A stretch of DNA of 63,758 bases, the filler included, from Streblomastix strix (taxonomy: Eukaryota): assembly GCA_008636045.1 (NCBI GenBank). It is 4 parts of 4 records of this genome, joined end to end, with 100 filler letters (N's around TTAATTAATTAA, not from the genome) between each part and the next. Parts side by side here need not be neighbours in the genome. Positions count along the whole stretch, not along the records: positions 15,974 to 31,842 come from SNRW01000917.1; positions 31,943 to 47,805 come from SNRW01000918.1; 2 more parts are not named here. The stretch is one strand, 5' to 3'. A program made the position numbers and the translations under genes. Positions 27,901 through 39,988 of the stretch are shown here, piece by piece; positions within the stretch are counted from its first letter, which is position 1, and each line of letters opens with the position of its first letter. The notes beneath the pieces are model-generated. The model was given only the letters and a program-made list of their open reading frames with translations. It was not told the origin of the DNA and did not search any database.

Positions 27901-28305
27901 TCAATGAACGTACTCATCATCTTAGTATGAAATTGATTGTTATTTTTATTCAAAGAAGCTAACTAAATACGTTAATTTATCATTTATTTCTTTGATTTAT
28001 TTTTATAGATTAGCCAGTTCAATTTGTTCAGATGATTTATGTTTCTCTTATTTAAATGCTATTTATTCATTCTATTTTGTGAAGATATATCCTTCTATTT
28101 TATACTGATTATTTAATTTTATAGTTGGTATCTTATCAATAGATTCATTATTAGCTGCATAATATTAATGGAATTCATCAGTCGAATCAAACGTCAATGA
28201 TTGTACATCAGTTTTTTTGATTATTTTTAGGTCAGGTAATGGTTGTATTTTATCTTAGGATTTATTGTTCTTAACTAGCTTACTATCGAATAGTATACGA
28301 GACAT
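27901..28305 (-). CDS. Viral hypothetical protein, 134 aa
   Basis: MSRILFDSKLVK...TFDSTDEFHQYY...YKIEGY... Its stop codon directly abuts the ATPase stop. Confidence 0.6.
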
Positions 28306-28337
28306 TTCAATTAAACAAAAATAAAACAACCGATCTA

Positions 28338-29198
28338 TCAATGTGATCTTTCGGTATTAATTACAGCTTTTATTATATTAATTATGAAGTCTAATTAGTC
28401 TTCTGGGAAAGTATAATGTGTTGACCATATTTTTACATCTTGTCTTGATTATAGAATTTCTTTAATTTTCTCATTAATCGTCATAGCTATTGGTAAATTA
28501 TCAAAAAAAAGTAATGATTCACGACGATATCGTTCGATTTTTGCGGGACGTAAGTCTTTTCTATTAATTCTTCTGATTCATATTGTAATTTGATCTTCCA
28601 GCTATTCTTCAAGCTATTCATCTTCATTAACCTCTTCAACTATCAATATATAGGTTCTTTCTTTGCCATTTGGAACAGCTCTTGGTGCTAATTATCTAAC
28701 TTATTAATTCAATTTAGTGATTCTATCTGATAAAATATCAGTAACTGTATTTATTACACTATGGAATTGATCTGCTATTGCTTATGTTTTATCAGCTTCA
28801 TGCTCTGCAATTGTTGTTTCATTAATTTTATCCATTATTTCGCCAACAATTGTAGCATATTTAGGTAAAGCCCATATTGATATATAATTTACTAGTTTTG
28901 GATGAACCCAATAACCTCTATATTCAGATGCATATGAATCTGTTTGTTCTATAAAAGTTGACCCTCTAATTGTATCCTCTCGATTTTCCTGATGAAATTT
29001 AATGAAATGATCGTAATATTCTATCCAATTCTTTGACTTGAATAATTGATTTAATTTACTATATTAATGCTTCTTTAAAGCCATTACTAACTTTGATGCA
29101 TTAACGTTACCATCAGATTTTCGAGAAATAATTTCAATTCCATTGTATGTAGTTTTGGTGAATGTTTGGTGAGTATCGATTTCGACTCTTGACTCCAT
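28338..29198 (-). CDS. KilA-N domain DNA-binding protein, 286 aa
   Basis: YNGIEIISRKSDGNVNASKL...RGYWVHPKLVNYISIWALPKYA, followed by a coiled coil. Confidence 0.85.
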
Positions 29199-29379
29199 TT
29201 TTTGATCGATAAAAAAGTTGGATTAGTAAATTGAAACGAACGATTATTTGTTAATGTGCAAAAATAATTCTATGGACAATTTTATGTCCCTTAACTATCA
29301 TAGACAAACTGCTTCAATTCTCTATATCAAATGATATGGCGGATTTCCTTCACACTCAATTTATAAAAATAATTCACAA

Positions 29380-29754
29380 TCAATATTGAAGCTTCAATTC
29401 AAGAACAAATTTTATATCCGTTTATGATGCATTCTAATTCATATTATTTTTGAACCAAATTAACATACTTGGCTAATGATTCATTTATTAAAATTCAGTA
29501 ATTGTTCTAGTTTCATTACAAAAACTTACAAAACTATCATAATATTATTCTTTTTATACTAGTGTTGAATGAATAGAGACAATATCAGGAATGTTAAGAA
29601 TCTTACATTATATGAACACTATTTTTCGCTAATTATTTGAGTTAACAAAATCATAAGGTAACTATATTTTAAACATTCCATTAACATACGTACAATCATC
29701 ATACATTATTACGAAGCGTTTTACATTCGAATTTGAGGTCATATCAAATGGCAT
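29380..29754 (-). CDS. Putative minor capsid/penton-like small beta-rich protein, 124 aa
   Basis: MPFDMTS...KIQLPYDFVNS...VSIHSTLV...DSFVSFCN...IWFKN...IKFVLELKLQY. It lies directly downstream of the putative MCP and shows an alternating beta-strand pattern. Confidence 0.5.
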
Positions 29755-29783
29755 TTTATTACAAAAATAATATTCTATTGATA

Positions 29784-31505
29784 TCAAGCGATAACCTAGT
29801 TAATAACCTAATCAAATGAATGAGTTATATCATATAAGCAAGATCCTCCATCTCTCGGACTTAATAGCCAGAACGTATCATGAACTGTGCACAGAATCGG
29901 AGGAGGTGGATGTTTTCCATTAGTATCCACATTATAATATGTATCTACTTTTCCTGCGAACATTGAATGTCCTTTTAGTTCAATTGAAGTATTTCAATTT
30001 TGAGTATCTAATCCATCAAATATTAGTGCACCATTGCTATTGCGTTCACATTATATTGAAATAAAGAATGATGTATAATCACTAACTGGATTGTATCTTC
30101 GTGTCTTACTAGCCCTTGGAGTTGCGAGTGAATCTTCATATTCATCACATGCTTCGAATATATTATCGAGATTATTAGCTTATAATTGCATTGTGATGAA
30201 TTATTCGTTAAGAATATTCATTTGGAAATCTGGGAAATTTCTATTCATTGTGTAAATTTACATATCAAAATAGCATGCATTTTCATAACAAGTAACATGT
30301 CTAGCATCCTTTGGGAATAATAAGCACATATCAGTTACATGAGAAAGAGGTATATTTTAAGTTGTTTTTATTCCAGCGGATGAAGCAGCACTTGGAAATA
30401 CCCATGTTTCAATACGTTATACAGGAACAACAAATGGACGACTTTAATAGAATTAACGTATACGATTAAGACAAGATTCTGATGCTTTATATTCACACAT
30501 ATTTGCTGTCACGGCTTCAATAATATAGTTTCTTACAGATACTGTAACTGGCTTAAGATCACATACGAGATTCATTAATCCTGAAAGAGTTAGCTCTTCT
30601 GCACGTATTCCAGTGATCAAATCAGCAGTGCATCCAATTTATGTGTACATGTTAGTGTATTAGAATGTGAGAGACCAGTTACGGAAGAATAGATCAATAT
30701 CCTTAAGCATATCTTGATCTGAGCTCAATAATTCATCTTTATTAATTGTACAATATTTAGCCATAGACATTACTGGATCTACTTAGCAGAATACAAATGC
30801 GCTTGGATTAATCTTGAATTTAATTCCGAGATCACCGAATAGAGAATTAGGATATTCAGAAAATGCAGAGAAAATGAGTAAATCATCTAGAGGAATTTAT
30901 ACTGTGAAGCCAACTGGCATAACATATGGTGCAGCAGTTTATGGTGCAAGTACGTCTGAAATCTGTTTAATACTAAGGTATCTTCCACAGCAAGATATGT
31001 CATCTTTGTGCACATTTTCATAAAGAGATTGGACAAATCTGTTATTATTTTTCTCAGATTTTGGTTTGATAGTATTATAAATAAATGATTCAGTAGTTGC
31101 ATCGTTCTAGAGGGAACCATCAATTGTCCTTCCACGATGATACAAGACATACTCTCTAATCAATTCAGCTGAATTCTTCAATCCAATAAATATGAAAGTA
31201 CCTGCTTTATATGATTCAGTAAATTAATCAAATTTATTATCGAATAACAGGTTCATTTTAAACTCAAGTGTAATGAATGAATTTTACATTTGTGTTACGT
31301 CATGATCCGAATCGGATAAACTGATGATTACTTCCTTATCAAATAATGATGGCATTTATGATTCTGATTTGATCTCTTTGATTGAAAAATGGTGCTCTCC
31401 ATCGTTCTAAAATGGTTGAATTGCGAATGTCTTTAACAAGTTCTCAATAGTCTACAAGTTTTCCTGTGATTTTGGAATATGCGTCTTCATAAGCTAGCGA
31501 TTCAT
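29784..31505 (-). CDS. Putative double jelly-roll major capsid protein, 573 aa
   Basis: Apparently intact 1722-nt beta-rich ORF (FIFIGLKNSAELIREY; FSAFSEYPNSLFGDLGIKFKIN; LCLLFPKDARHVTCYEN; PPPILCTVHDTFW). Its size and position fit an MCP in an element with pPolB and a packaging ATPase. The fold is inferred. Confidence 0.7.
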
Positions 31506-31558
31506 GTTTAATTGCGCAAAAAAAATCTGATTATATGTTGGTTAACTCGAGTAATGAT

Positions 31559-31842
31559 TCACTATAATTCATCTCCAAGAAACTGTATACGTTTACTAAT
31601 TATATCAATCGGAACATTTTTCCTTAAGTAATCATCCTATCGGAATGTCTTAAATTCCTATCTGAATTGTTATTTTGATTATTATTTATTTGGTCCAAAT
31701 AAAGCATCAACTGCAGATGATCCTACACTAATGCCTTTCGCAACCATACTTCCTGCTGGTCCCAAAGATTAGAGAAGTGCGTTAGTTATGGGCATTATTG
31801 GTTTGACTACTTTATCATTCATCCAACTGACTCCTTTACCTA
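31559..31842 (-). CDS. Amphipathic Gly/Ala-rich viral protein (5' truncated)
   Basis: GKGVSWMNDKVVKPIMPITNALLQSLGPAGSMVAKGISVGSSAVDALFG...-TGA. Confidence 0.6.
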
Positions 31843-31942
31843 NNNNNNNNNNNNNNNNNNNNNNNNNNNNNNNNNNNNNNNNNNNNTTAATTAATTAANN
31901 NNNNNNNNNNNNNNNNNNNNNNNNNNNNNNNNNNNNNNNNNN
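31843..31942. other. Artificial contig-joining spacer
   Basis: 44 N + TTAATTAATTAA + 44 N. Confidence 0.98.
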
Positions 31943-32355
31943 TACATTCGAGAACTTGAATATTGATGATAAAAAAAATTACTATGGATTTACAGATAAT
32001 AATAATTAATATAAAACAGCTAACATATTCTATTTAACAGCACTGTATAGCGGAAGTATAGCTATTAGAACACTTTATCCTAATAAATATTTGCTTGCAT
32101 GGAAGTTAGCTACTGATGATTCATTTATACGAGGATATAACTCTTCAAAGATAGGTTCTAAAACTAATGTATAAGTGATTATGAAAGGAAATTTGACTAA
32201 AGGAATTATTGATACAAACAATAAAAATCTATCATAGAACTGAAATGATTTCAAATAATTCTTTGGAACTAGAGCATATCCTGATCCTACTAAAGCTTCT
32301 ATTACTACAATGATGCATTACTTGTGTGATGCGTTTGTTAGAATTATATTTGATG
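31943..32355 (+). pseudogene. C-terminal fragment of capsid-like gene (inverted relative to its N-terminal part)
   Basis: YPNKYLLAWKLATDDSFIRGYNSSKIGSKTNVQVIMKG...MMHYLCDAFVRIIFD. The layout parallels the C-terminus of the 29784-31505 protein. Confidence 0.55.
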
Positions 32356-33748
32356 GGATAATATTATTCTAATCTATAACTAGATTAAGTCCTGTGAATA
32401 ATACAGGGAAAAACCATGTTAGATATTATGACATAGCAAATGTCATAAATAATGTTTTTATGTTAGAGAATGATATAATGCTTTACATTGATCCGCTGTC
32501 TTTATCAAATCCACTAAACGGAAAGTTCGATGATTGTGTTCTAAATACTTATGTAGGAAAATTTATTATTTTTTGTTTTTGAATCAAGCTAATTATAACT
32601 TCTTTATTTTCAATATTGAAGTTTACGTTTTATATCTCCAGTGTATCAAATTTTGCTGTTCCAATCTAAAAAATTGAATTTTGTCGTATCTTATCAAGAA
32701 CAGCAGCATTTTACATATTAATAATTCTTACATATTATCTTTTATACGATAGATCATCAGCATCATCTCCTGATAATAGATAAACAATATCAGGTTTCTC
32801 AGGAGGAATCATGTGATAAGCCAAATGATTATTTTATACTGTATAATTTTTGTTGAGACAAACAACCTTCAAATCTTATAGGAAACCTTATATCCATAAT
32901 TATAGATGTAATGTTGCATAATTACGAGTAAGTACACGGAATGAATTAAATATTGGATTTAGTTAGTTAAGATCATGTACTCTACTAAACGTTATATCAA
33001 AAGGAATTTTGTATTAAAATGGTGTTCCTAAATCTTCAATAATTGCTTATCTATCAATTTCACAAAGTGGGATATTAATAAATATTCCGCAATGACGTTT
33101 TCCTTCAATTATACTTTCAAGGAGTGATACGCTAACGCTATTTTTAGTACACAAATCACTAAGAGAATTTCCACTAATCACAGCTTATTCTCTTGCATAG
33201 ATTGCAGATTCCCATAGCGCTGTTGCATCTTTCAGTAGTTAAAATTAGTAGAATGGTCCACATGCAGTTGAGAAACCGAACCAAAATTATAGATGTTCTA
33301 ACGATTCAATTCCTTAAACTGATTTACCAAAATATACTTATTCAGCATTTGACATATTTGTAGTACAATCGGTTAACGGATCTTCTTTACAATTGAAATT
33401 AGTTCGTGCGAATAATTTTGTGGTAATATTCAATCCTTCATAAGTTTTATTTAATTATATCGCTCATGTATTTTTAGGTATTGTGATTGTCCAATTTACT
33501 TAATAAGTTTGAATCATTGAACATGCAGATTTACCTCTTGCTCCTAATGGTGCTCTAGTATATTTAACTCCACTGGACGTAAGTTCAGTAATAGGAGAAT
33601 CGAAGAAATTTTGCTTTGATATTTCAAACGATTGTGGATGTATAGATAATGACTTTAATACTTCTCCAAGTTACATATATCCACTAACGTAATCAGAATG
33701 TTACATTTTTGCTAATCGTCCAAGATAATCACTAGATTTGAATGACAT
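32352..33748 (-). pseudogene. N-terminal ~460 codons of a divergent major-capsid-like gene
   Basis: MSFKSSDYLG...FWFGFSTACGPFYQFQLLK...DLNQLNPIFNSF...FMTFAMSQYLTWFFPVLFTGLNLVIDQNNIIPS, then an abrupt break. One TGA at ~33465. Confidence 0.55.
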
Positions 33749-33814
33749 TTCATTGAAACAAAAATTAATGAAACAGAATAGATGTTTTTGATAAAAGTTT
33801 TTATAATAAATCAA

Positions 33815-34021
33815 ATAGGTTTCTTCTCTGGAATAGCAAATTTTGGGTTGAAAACTTTAGGTGGTATTATGAGTGTAACAAAATGGGTTGCACCAGCGTT
33901 ACATAAAGTTTTATCAACAATATCAGGTCCTGTTGGAATGATTCATCCAGGAATTGGAGGTGCTTTAGGTGCAGGAGCTATTCTCACAGGTGCAGTTGAT
34001 CGACTTGTAAATAAACTCTGA
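33815..34021 (+). CDS. Amphipathic membrane-active-like viral peptide (~68 aa; start ATA, probably a mutated ATG)
   Basis: (M)GFFSGIANFGLKTLGGIMSVTKWVAPALHKVLSTISGPVGMIHPGIGGALGAGAILTGAVDRLVNKL-TGA. Confidence 0.6.
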   Translation: MGFFSGIANFGLKTLGGIMSVTKWVAPALHKVLSTISGPVGMIHPGIGGALGAGAILTGAVDRLVNKL

Positions 34022-34045
34022 TAATGACCAATTTTTTTTATTGAA

Positions 34046-37000
34046 ATGAACTATTCACTATCATAATAGTAAATCCGTACAGTTAGATAACTTATCACTA
34101 ACGACATAGCTTACTATATTTAATATTAGACACGAGGTGGAACAAGTGGTGGAATGATGTCAAATGAAGAGTATTAATTATTCGTAGATAACAACAATGC
34201 GTTAGTCTATGCAGCTAATAATTAAATCGTTGATCGAATAGCATCAGATTACGCATTAAAAATAGAACCAGATAAACATAATAATAAATGACTTAAATGT
34301 AGGACTATATTATGTAAATGTAATCACGTAATTATTAACTATCGCCTGAAATATAAATGAAGCAACAGCAATAATAATTGATATAAATGCAGAATTATAT
34401 TACGTAAATGTAAGCACGGAATTATTAACTAGCCCCTTCGGGGCCAGCTGAAGGCTCACCTGAACCCGAACAACAGGGCGAAGCTCGCGAAGTGCGGATG
34501 GATTATCAAATGGATTTAAGATCTAAAAAATTAACTCAAAATATTATAAGAGAATTAATGTTTTTATATGACCCTGAACTATAATAGAAAATAAACATTA
34601 ACGAATTAAGGTCTTAATTTTCATAAATTTTAGATAAAATCGGTTTAAATCACGGTAGAAACAATAGAGATATAGTTCAAAATGCAATATTATAATCAGA
34701 ACCATTTGCAAGACGAATCAGATAAGACATTCAATAAGGCCTTCAAAACGAATAAATTTTAGGTGATGCTTATGCTAAATAATTTATGCAAGAATAAGAT
34801 AATAAATAGAACATGAAAATTTAAAACGAATTGAGCAAACAGCGCAATAAATAATAGGAGCAAGCGATGGAATTTTAGCGAGTGAGACATGCGAATCTAT
34901 TAGAAGAAATAAAAGATTAAAAAATAAAACTTAATTAAAAATAAAAATGAGGATATAATTAAGGGCGTTAAATATGAAATTTAAGAATTTATTGATGAGT
35001 ATAATGACAAAAATTTTAAGCCAACTAATGTCCTGCAGATTACAATTATATTATATGAGCAGCAACTCGAATAAGAATATGAAAGATGAATATAATTTGA
35101 GCGAAAACATTTATAAAATTAAACTGTTAAATATGAACCTCACTATGTTCATACAATCAGCCCTAAAAAAGAATATTATAAAATTGATTAGAAAACAACT
35201 GAAGATGTCGATGCTTAATTAGATGAAATATATTAAAAAGAATAAAAATTTGCATTCAAAATTGCATTTGATTTTGGAGTTATAATTGAACGAATTGATG
35301 GCAAAAAAAACGATAAATAAATAATGTTTAAAATTATTCATCCCTTTAAAGCTAGAACAGAGAAGACAGCTCCAACAACTATATGCACCGACAAGGATCT
35401 TGCGGAATATAAACGATTCATTAGAAATTTTATTACTTAAATATAAGAAAAACCCATTATGTACGCCAAAGAGAAAATAGTAGTTAAATTTTTCATAATG
35501 ATTCAAGTATTCAGGCTTCCACATGCAGGCACTAGCGGTGTTCGAACAATAACAGCATTAAAGAAGCATATCGCAAGGCGAGAGATTCTATATATTGATA
35601 CTAAAAAAATAATTAAAATTTGTTTTTCTTTCTTGCATTTTCATTTATTTTGATGCCAGATATTAAGGGTGACGGTTCAGTGTCAGCCAAGCGTTATAAT
35701 GAACATTCACGTATTGCAGAAGCAATGCGATTATTTTAAAGAATCTATGGCAAGAAAATAGATAATAATTATTAAAGTTTTAGTTTTTCAATAGGAGTAG
35801 ATTAATTTATTTAGAATGAAGAATTAAATATTAATATGTTCGTTTATGAAACGGCCAATTCATGCAGTTAATATCTATGGAAATAATATCGAAAAAATGA
35901 ACAGAACGAATAAATTAAAGATTTTAATGTTCTTTTTATAACAGACACAATCAACGAACAATAAACAGCTCATGTTTTTTATATAAATGATGTTGATGCA
36001 TTAACTTGTTTAAAATATTGTTCTATTTGTAGCGTACAGGCTAATAAGACCACAGATTTAAATTTATAATCCAAGCTAAAAAGGCATATATAAAATGTTA
36101 AAAAAATAGATGAAAGATAATAAAAAAAGTATATTTAGAAAGATTTCCAAGGCTTAATGTTCCTCATATATTGAATAATATTAGCTGTATGTATCTACTG
36201 GCGCATGGCTGAGAGGATGAATTTAAATCTATCTAGTAATATATAACATTTCATATTGAAACAGTTGAAAGAATTGTAAATAAATAATTTGGTGAAAATT
36301 TAATATAAATCTCACTAACTGAACCCCTTTCTATTGCAAGTTAAATAAAATAAAAAAGAAAGTCGGTAATGGTTCAAATAACGATTCCGTTGATTAAATT
36401 TATTCCATTTATTTCGATAAACGAAACTCTAACTTTATTAATGTATGTATTAAATAATTGTTTAAGGAAGCCAGAAAAGTTATCGATTCAAACAAATATG
36501 AAAATGAGAATACACCACAGCGTTACGAGGTACCAGTAATTGGCTTCAATACTTCAAAGTTCGATGTCATATTAATTCTTAAAAATTTATAAAGCGATGA
36601 ATTGCAAATAATTAAATATCTTCATAGTGGTTTAAACTCTAAATAAATCATTGTTAAATATAACATATTAGGAATCTAATTACTGTTCATCGATGCGATG
36701 ATTTATTGAGCAAAAATGAAATTTAAATAATTTATAATATATTTCACGCCTAAAACATCGTAGCTAATTCCAACCAAATTAAAATTTCCATAATAATTCA
36801 TCAATTGCGATAATAATGTTTAAGAGCTCGATAAATCAGAACCATTTCCGATTGAATCGATTAATAACACAATCAAAAATAAAAATATAAGCACCATAAA
36901 GTACAAAAATTATTTATCAATTGCTTAACAATATTCGAACAGGTGGGATTACCTTTGACATTATAACCTTGAAGATACCCGCTTAATGATTGAGCTATTG

Positions 37001-38397
37001 GATTAATTAATTTGATAAATTTTTCATTTATAAAATTGATATGTTGCAGTTTATATCGATGTCTGCAAGCGCTAATGTTATCATATATGCCCTTGCTTTT
37101 AGTAACTTCAAACAGGATTAAGATTACACGCCAAAAGATGATTATGCTTCATTCTTACTTACATAAAATTATTAGAATATTAATGTTTAAAATTATTTAG
37201 AATAATAATAAAGAGAAATAGGGACATATCGATAGATGATATAGTAACGATTCTATTAATTTTCATACGATATTAAGAAATTTCGTCATAATGACCTATT
37301 TAAAAATCACTTTATTCAAACTAGTACAATTTTCTACTAAAAAATAATATGTTGCATAATAAAACTGAACGAAAATTAACAAATATATCATCAAAGCATG
37401 GATAATTCATGTTGTTCAATAATTATTATTTGTTGCTTCTCATTGATGATTTTCATTTCATTATTGACGATATTTAATATGTTTTAACATTCTCGAAGCA
37501 TGATAGATTCAATCCATTTGTTAAGGAATTTATGAGTCAAAGAAAATATTCAATAAATCAAAAAAAAATTATGGAAAATAATAGTTCTATAAATTAGCTA
37601 TGAACCTTAGCTATCGAAGCGATGGGATGAATTAAGAAAAATATTCACAAAAGAAATTATTGAGCTCTGATAGGACATGGTTGTTTCATCTCTAAGGTTC
37701 ATTCGTTAATGATTAACAATTAATAGATGATTTATATGCCGTGTAATTTAATGCTGAGAGCTGCAACTGCAACACCTGCCTACATTCTGCTTATTTTGTG
37801 TTAGATAATAGCAAATATTGACATATAAATTTTATCTATAATTTTATAGCCGTGGCTTTCGATATGAACAAGATGCATTATATTTGTGGTGATACTGATT
37901 CGATGACTTGGGCTATCAGTGGCAACCCAGAAGGGGATTATAGACAGAAATTTAAATACGTAATCAAGGACTAGAAATTTTTCGATGAAAATTATCTTCT
38001 TTTATTCGGTCAATATAAATAATTATTGGGAGTCAGTTATGAGGCAGAAGGATCGGCTTGTATTGCTTTAGCTCCTAAAGTACATTACATTTATAATCCT
38101 CTACCTAATGAAAATGAAAAAATTACTATTATTATTTAAAAAGAATAATATAAAAAATATACAATCAAACGATGAAGCATTTAAATAATCATTAAATGGT
38201 GAGTAAAATATGCTCAAAATATTACTCTTGATTAAAGAAATAAACAAATGTCAAAAATTCAAATATATAAGTTTGGTTTAACTTCAATTCGTAATATAAC
38301 AGTTATTCTTGAAAATTAATAATTTACTCCATTCTTATATATTAACGGGTAGCAATTGAGTTCAGATAATTACATAATTATTAATGATGAGCACTGA
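34046..38397 (+). pseudogene. Heavily decayed pPolB with internal deletion
   Basis: ITFHIETVE, VPVIGFNTSKFD, HYNLEDTRLMI, YKLAMNLSY, HYICGDTDSMTWAISG, LAPK. Many frameshifts and TGAs. The HNH/Pol A region is missing around 37200-37330. The first 82 codons (34046-34291) may be a separate small ORF. Confidence 0.85.
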
Positions 38398-38409
38398 TGA
38401 TAGACACTA

Positions 38410-38537
38410 ATGAAAAGCATTATTTTGGCACGCATAAATGGAATAGGTATTGAATGACTTTTAGGTGTTCCGAGTGTTCCGAGTGTTCCGAGTCAGAAAC
38501 TTTTATAAAACACTGTGGCCAACAGGACAACTGGCCA
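38410..38537. repeat. Left copy of ~130-bp inverted repeat containing (GTGTTCCGA)x3
   Basis: Its reverse complement aligns with 40400-40528. Perfect 9-bp triplet at 38465-38491. Confidence 0.8.
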
Positions 38538-38619
38538 GATTGTTAATTGATTTCATTAATGAACTAACCGTAATTTGTTCTATTTTTGTAAGAAATTAAT
38601 GAAAAACTAAAATAATTTA

Positions 38620-39973
38620 TATGAGGATATATTTGAGATATTTGCTGGTGGAAAATATCAAAGAGAAGAATATGAATTTGAACTATAACAGGATGTCGAT
38701 GATAAAGCATATAAAGTTCATTATAAAACGAGTCTATCAGTGTTAATAAAAAATATCTTTATAATTGTAAAGAAGAAATATATTGATGTTATGAATTAAA
38801 AAAGCTGATGAAATAGTTATCGGAAAACGAAGAGTTGCAGATTTGTACTATTATTATTCAGTTTAATCGTAATATGAACCATCAAAATAAAAAAATAAAC
38901 AATAAAATATACAATTGGATAAAGATATTCAATCATCCAGCCAGTAATCCGTTTAAGATTGTGATGAGGAAAATATGTCCTATTATCCCTTCAAAATAAA
39001 ATTAAAATTTTTTGAAAAAAATTAATAAACAAAAATATGTTATAAATTAATAAGATTAAGTACCATTAAAAGATTATAAATTAGAACCGCTATAAAGATT
39101 ATATCGACTTTATTTATCACCAATGTTAGGAAATTGGGAAATAGATATATGCTTTTTTATCGAATAGGACTTGCAGGAAAATAATGGTGAATATGATGAT
39201 ACAATCTTTAATAAATACGAAATAAAAGAGCATAATGAAGAACACCGAAGAAAAACATATTTGTACCTATTTTGCATAAACATTAATATAAAATATTTAG
39301 TAGTTTATCCATTGAAAGATTAATAAGCTGCATAAATAGTTGAATAATTGTAAAAATTAATTTCAAACTATAACGTAAATAATATTCGAGGTGATGGAGA
39401 GAAAGGAATTAATGGTTCGTATTTTGCTTTATTTTATTCAAAGAACAAAATAAATTTTTATTTCACAGGTTTAAAATTCAAAAATCATAATCGAATAATC
39501 GATTCTGTTATTCATATAATAAGGAATGCATTTGATTATAAATTTAATTAATTTTCAACGAATAAATAAATGTAAATAGTCATTGATATATACAATGATA
39601 CTACACATCTAGAGTTTCAAAATAAATATAGTCCATGTTAAGTTCAATTATCAAGAGATTTAGAAGGATGATATATACGTTCATAAATGAAGAAATTAGA
39701 ATGATAATTAGCAAGATAACGATAACAGGGCATATTATCATTTTTGGCTGGAAATATAATTTTAATACATCTTGATTTCTAAAAAGCATAACAAAAATTT
39801 ATGAAATAAAGAAAAAATTTAAATTATTTTTTCGAGTTTATTCGACATGTAAATGGTAATGTATTGCTCCGATTATTGTACCATTCCTACAAAATAAATT
39901 TAATAAAAATACCTTCATATTATTGTAAATATGTTTGTGAAGTTAAATAAAGTATTCAAGAATATTATGCTTG
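38620..39973 (+). pseudogene. Decayed rve integrase
   Basis: GNWEIDICF, YLYLFCININ, NNIRGDGEKG, HNRIIDSVIHIIRNAF; frameshifts. Confidence 0.82.
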
Positions 39974-39988
39974 AGAGTTTTTATTTAA

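Larger units (their letters stand above)
15974..31842. mobile_element. Endogenous Polinton/Maverick-like virus (both ends truncated by contig limits)
   Basis: Compact, intronless cluster of primase-helicase, integrase, pPolB, A32-like packaging ATPase, KilA-N and capsid-like genes. Confidence 0.92.

Noticed and set aside
29784..33748. Apparent single large virus spanning the second gap with two capsid genes
   Set aside because: Separated by an artificial spacer; the segments differ in decay level and each has its own pPolB and integrase.
34305..34432. Two ~43-bp imperfect direct repeats
   Set aside because: Local duplication within a low-complexity coding region; no independent function evident.
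34432..34444. GC hairpin GCCCC-TTC-GGGGC resembling a bacterial terminator or GNA mini-hairpin
   Set aside because: Only a 5-bp stem with no U-tract, lying within a plausible coding stretch (APSGPAEGSPEP) of the decayed pPolB N-terminus.
38465..38491. Short repeats considered as a CRISPR array or telomeric repeat
   Set aside because: Three abutting 9-mers with no spacers and no cas genes; treated as iterons instead.
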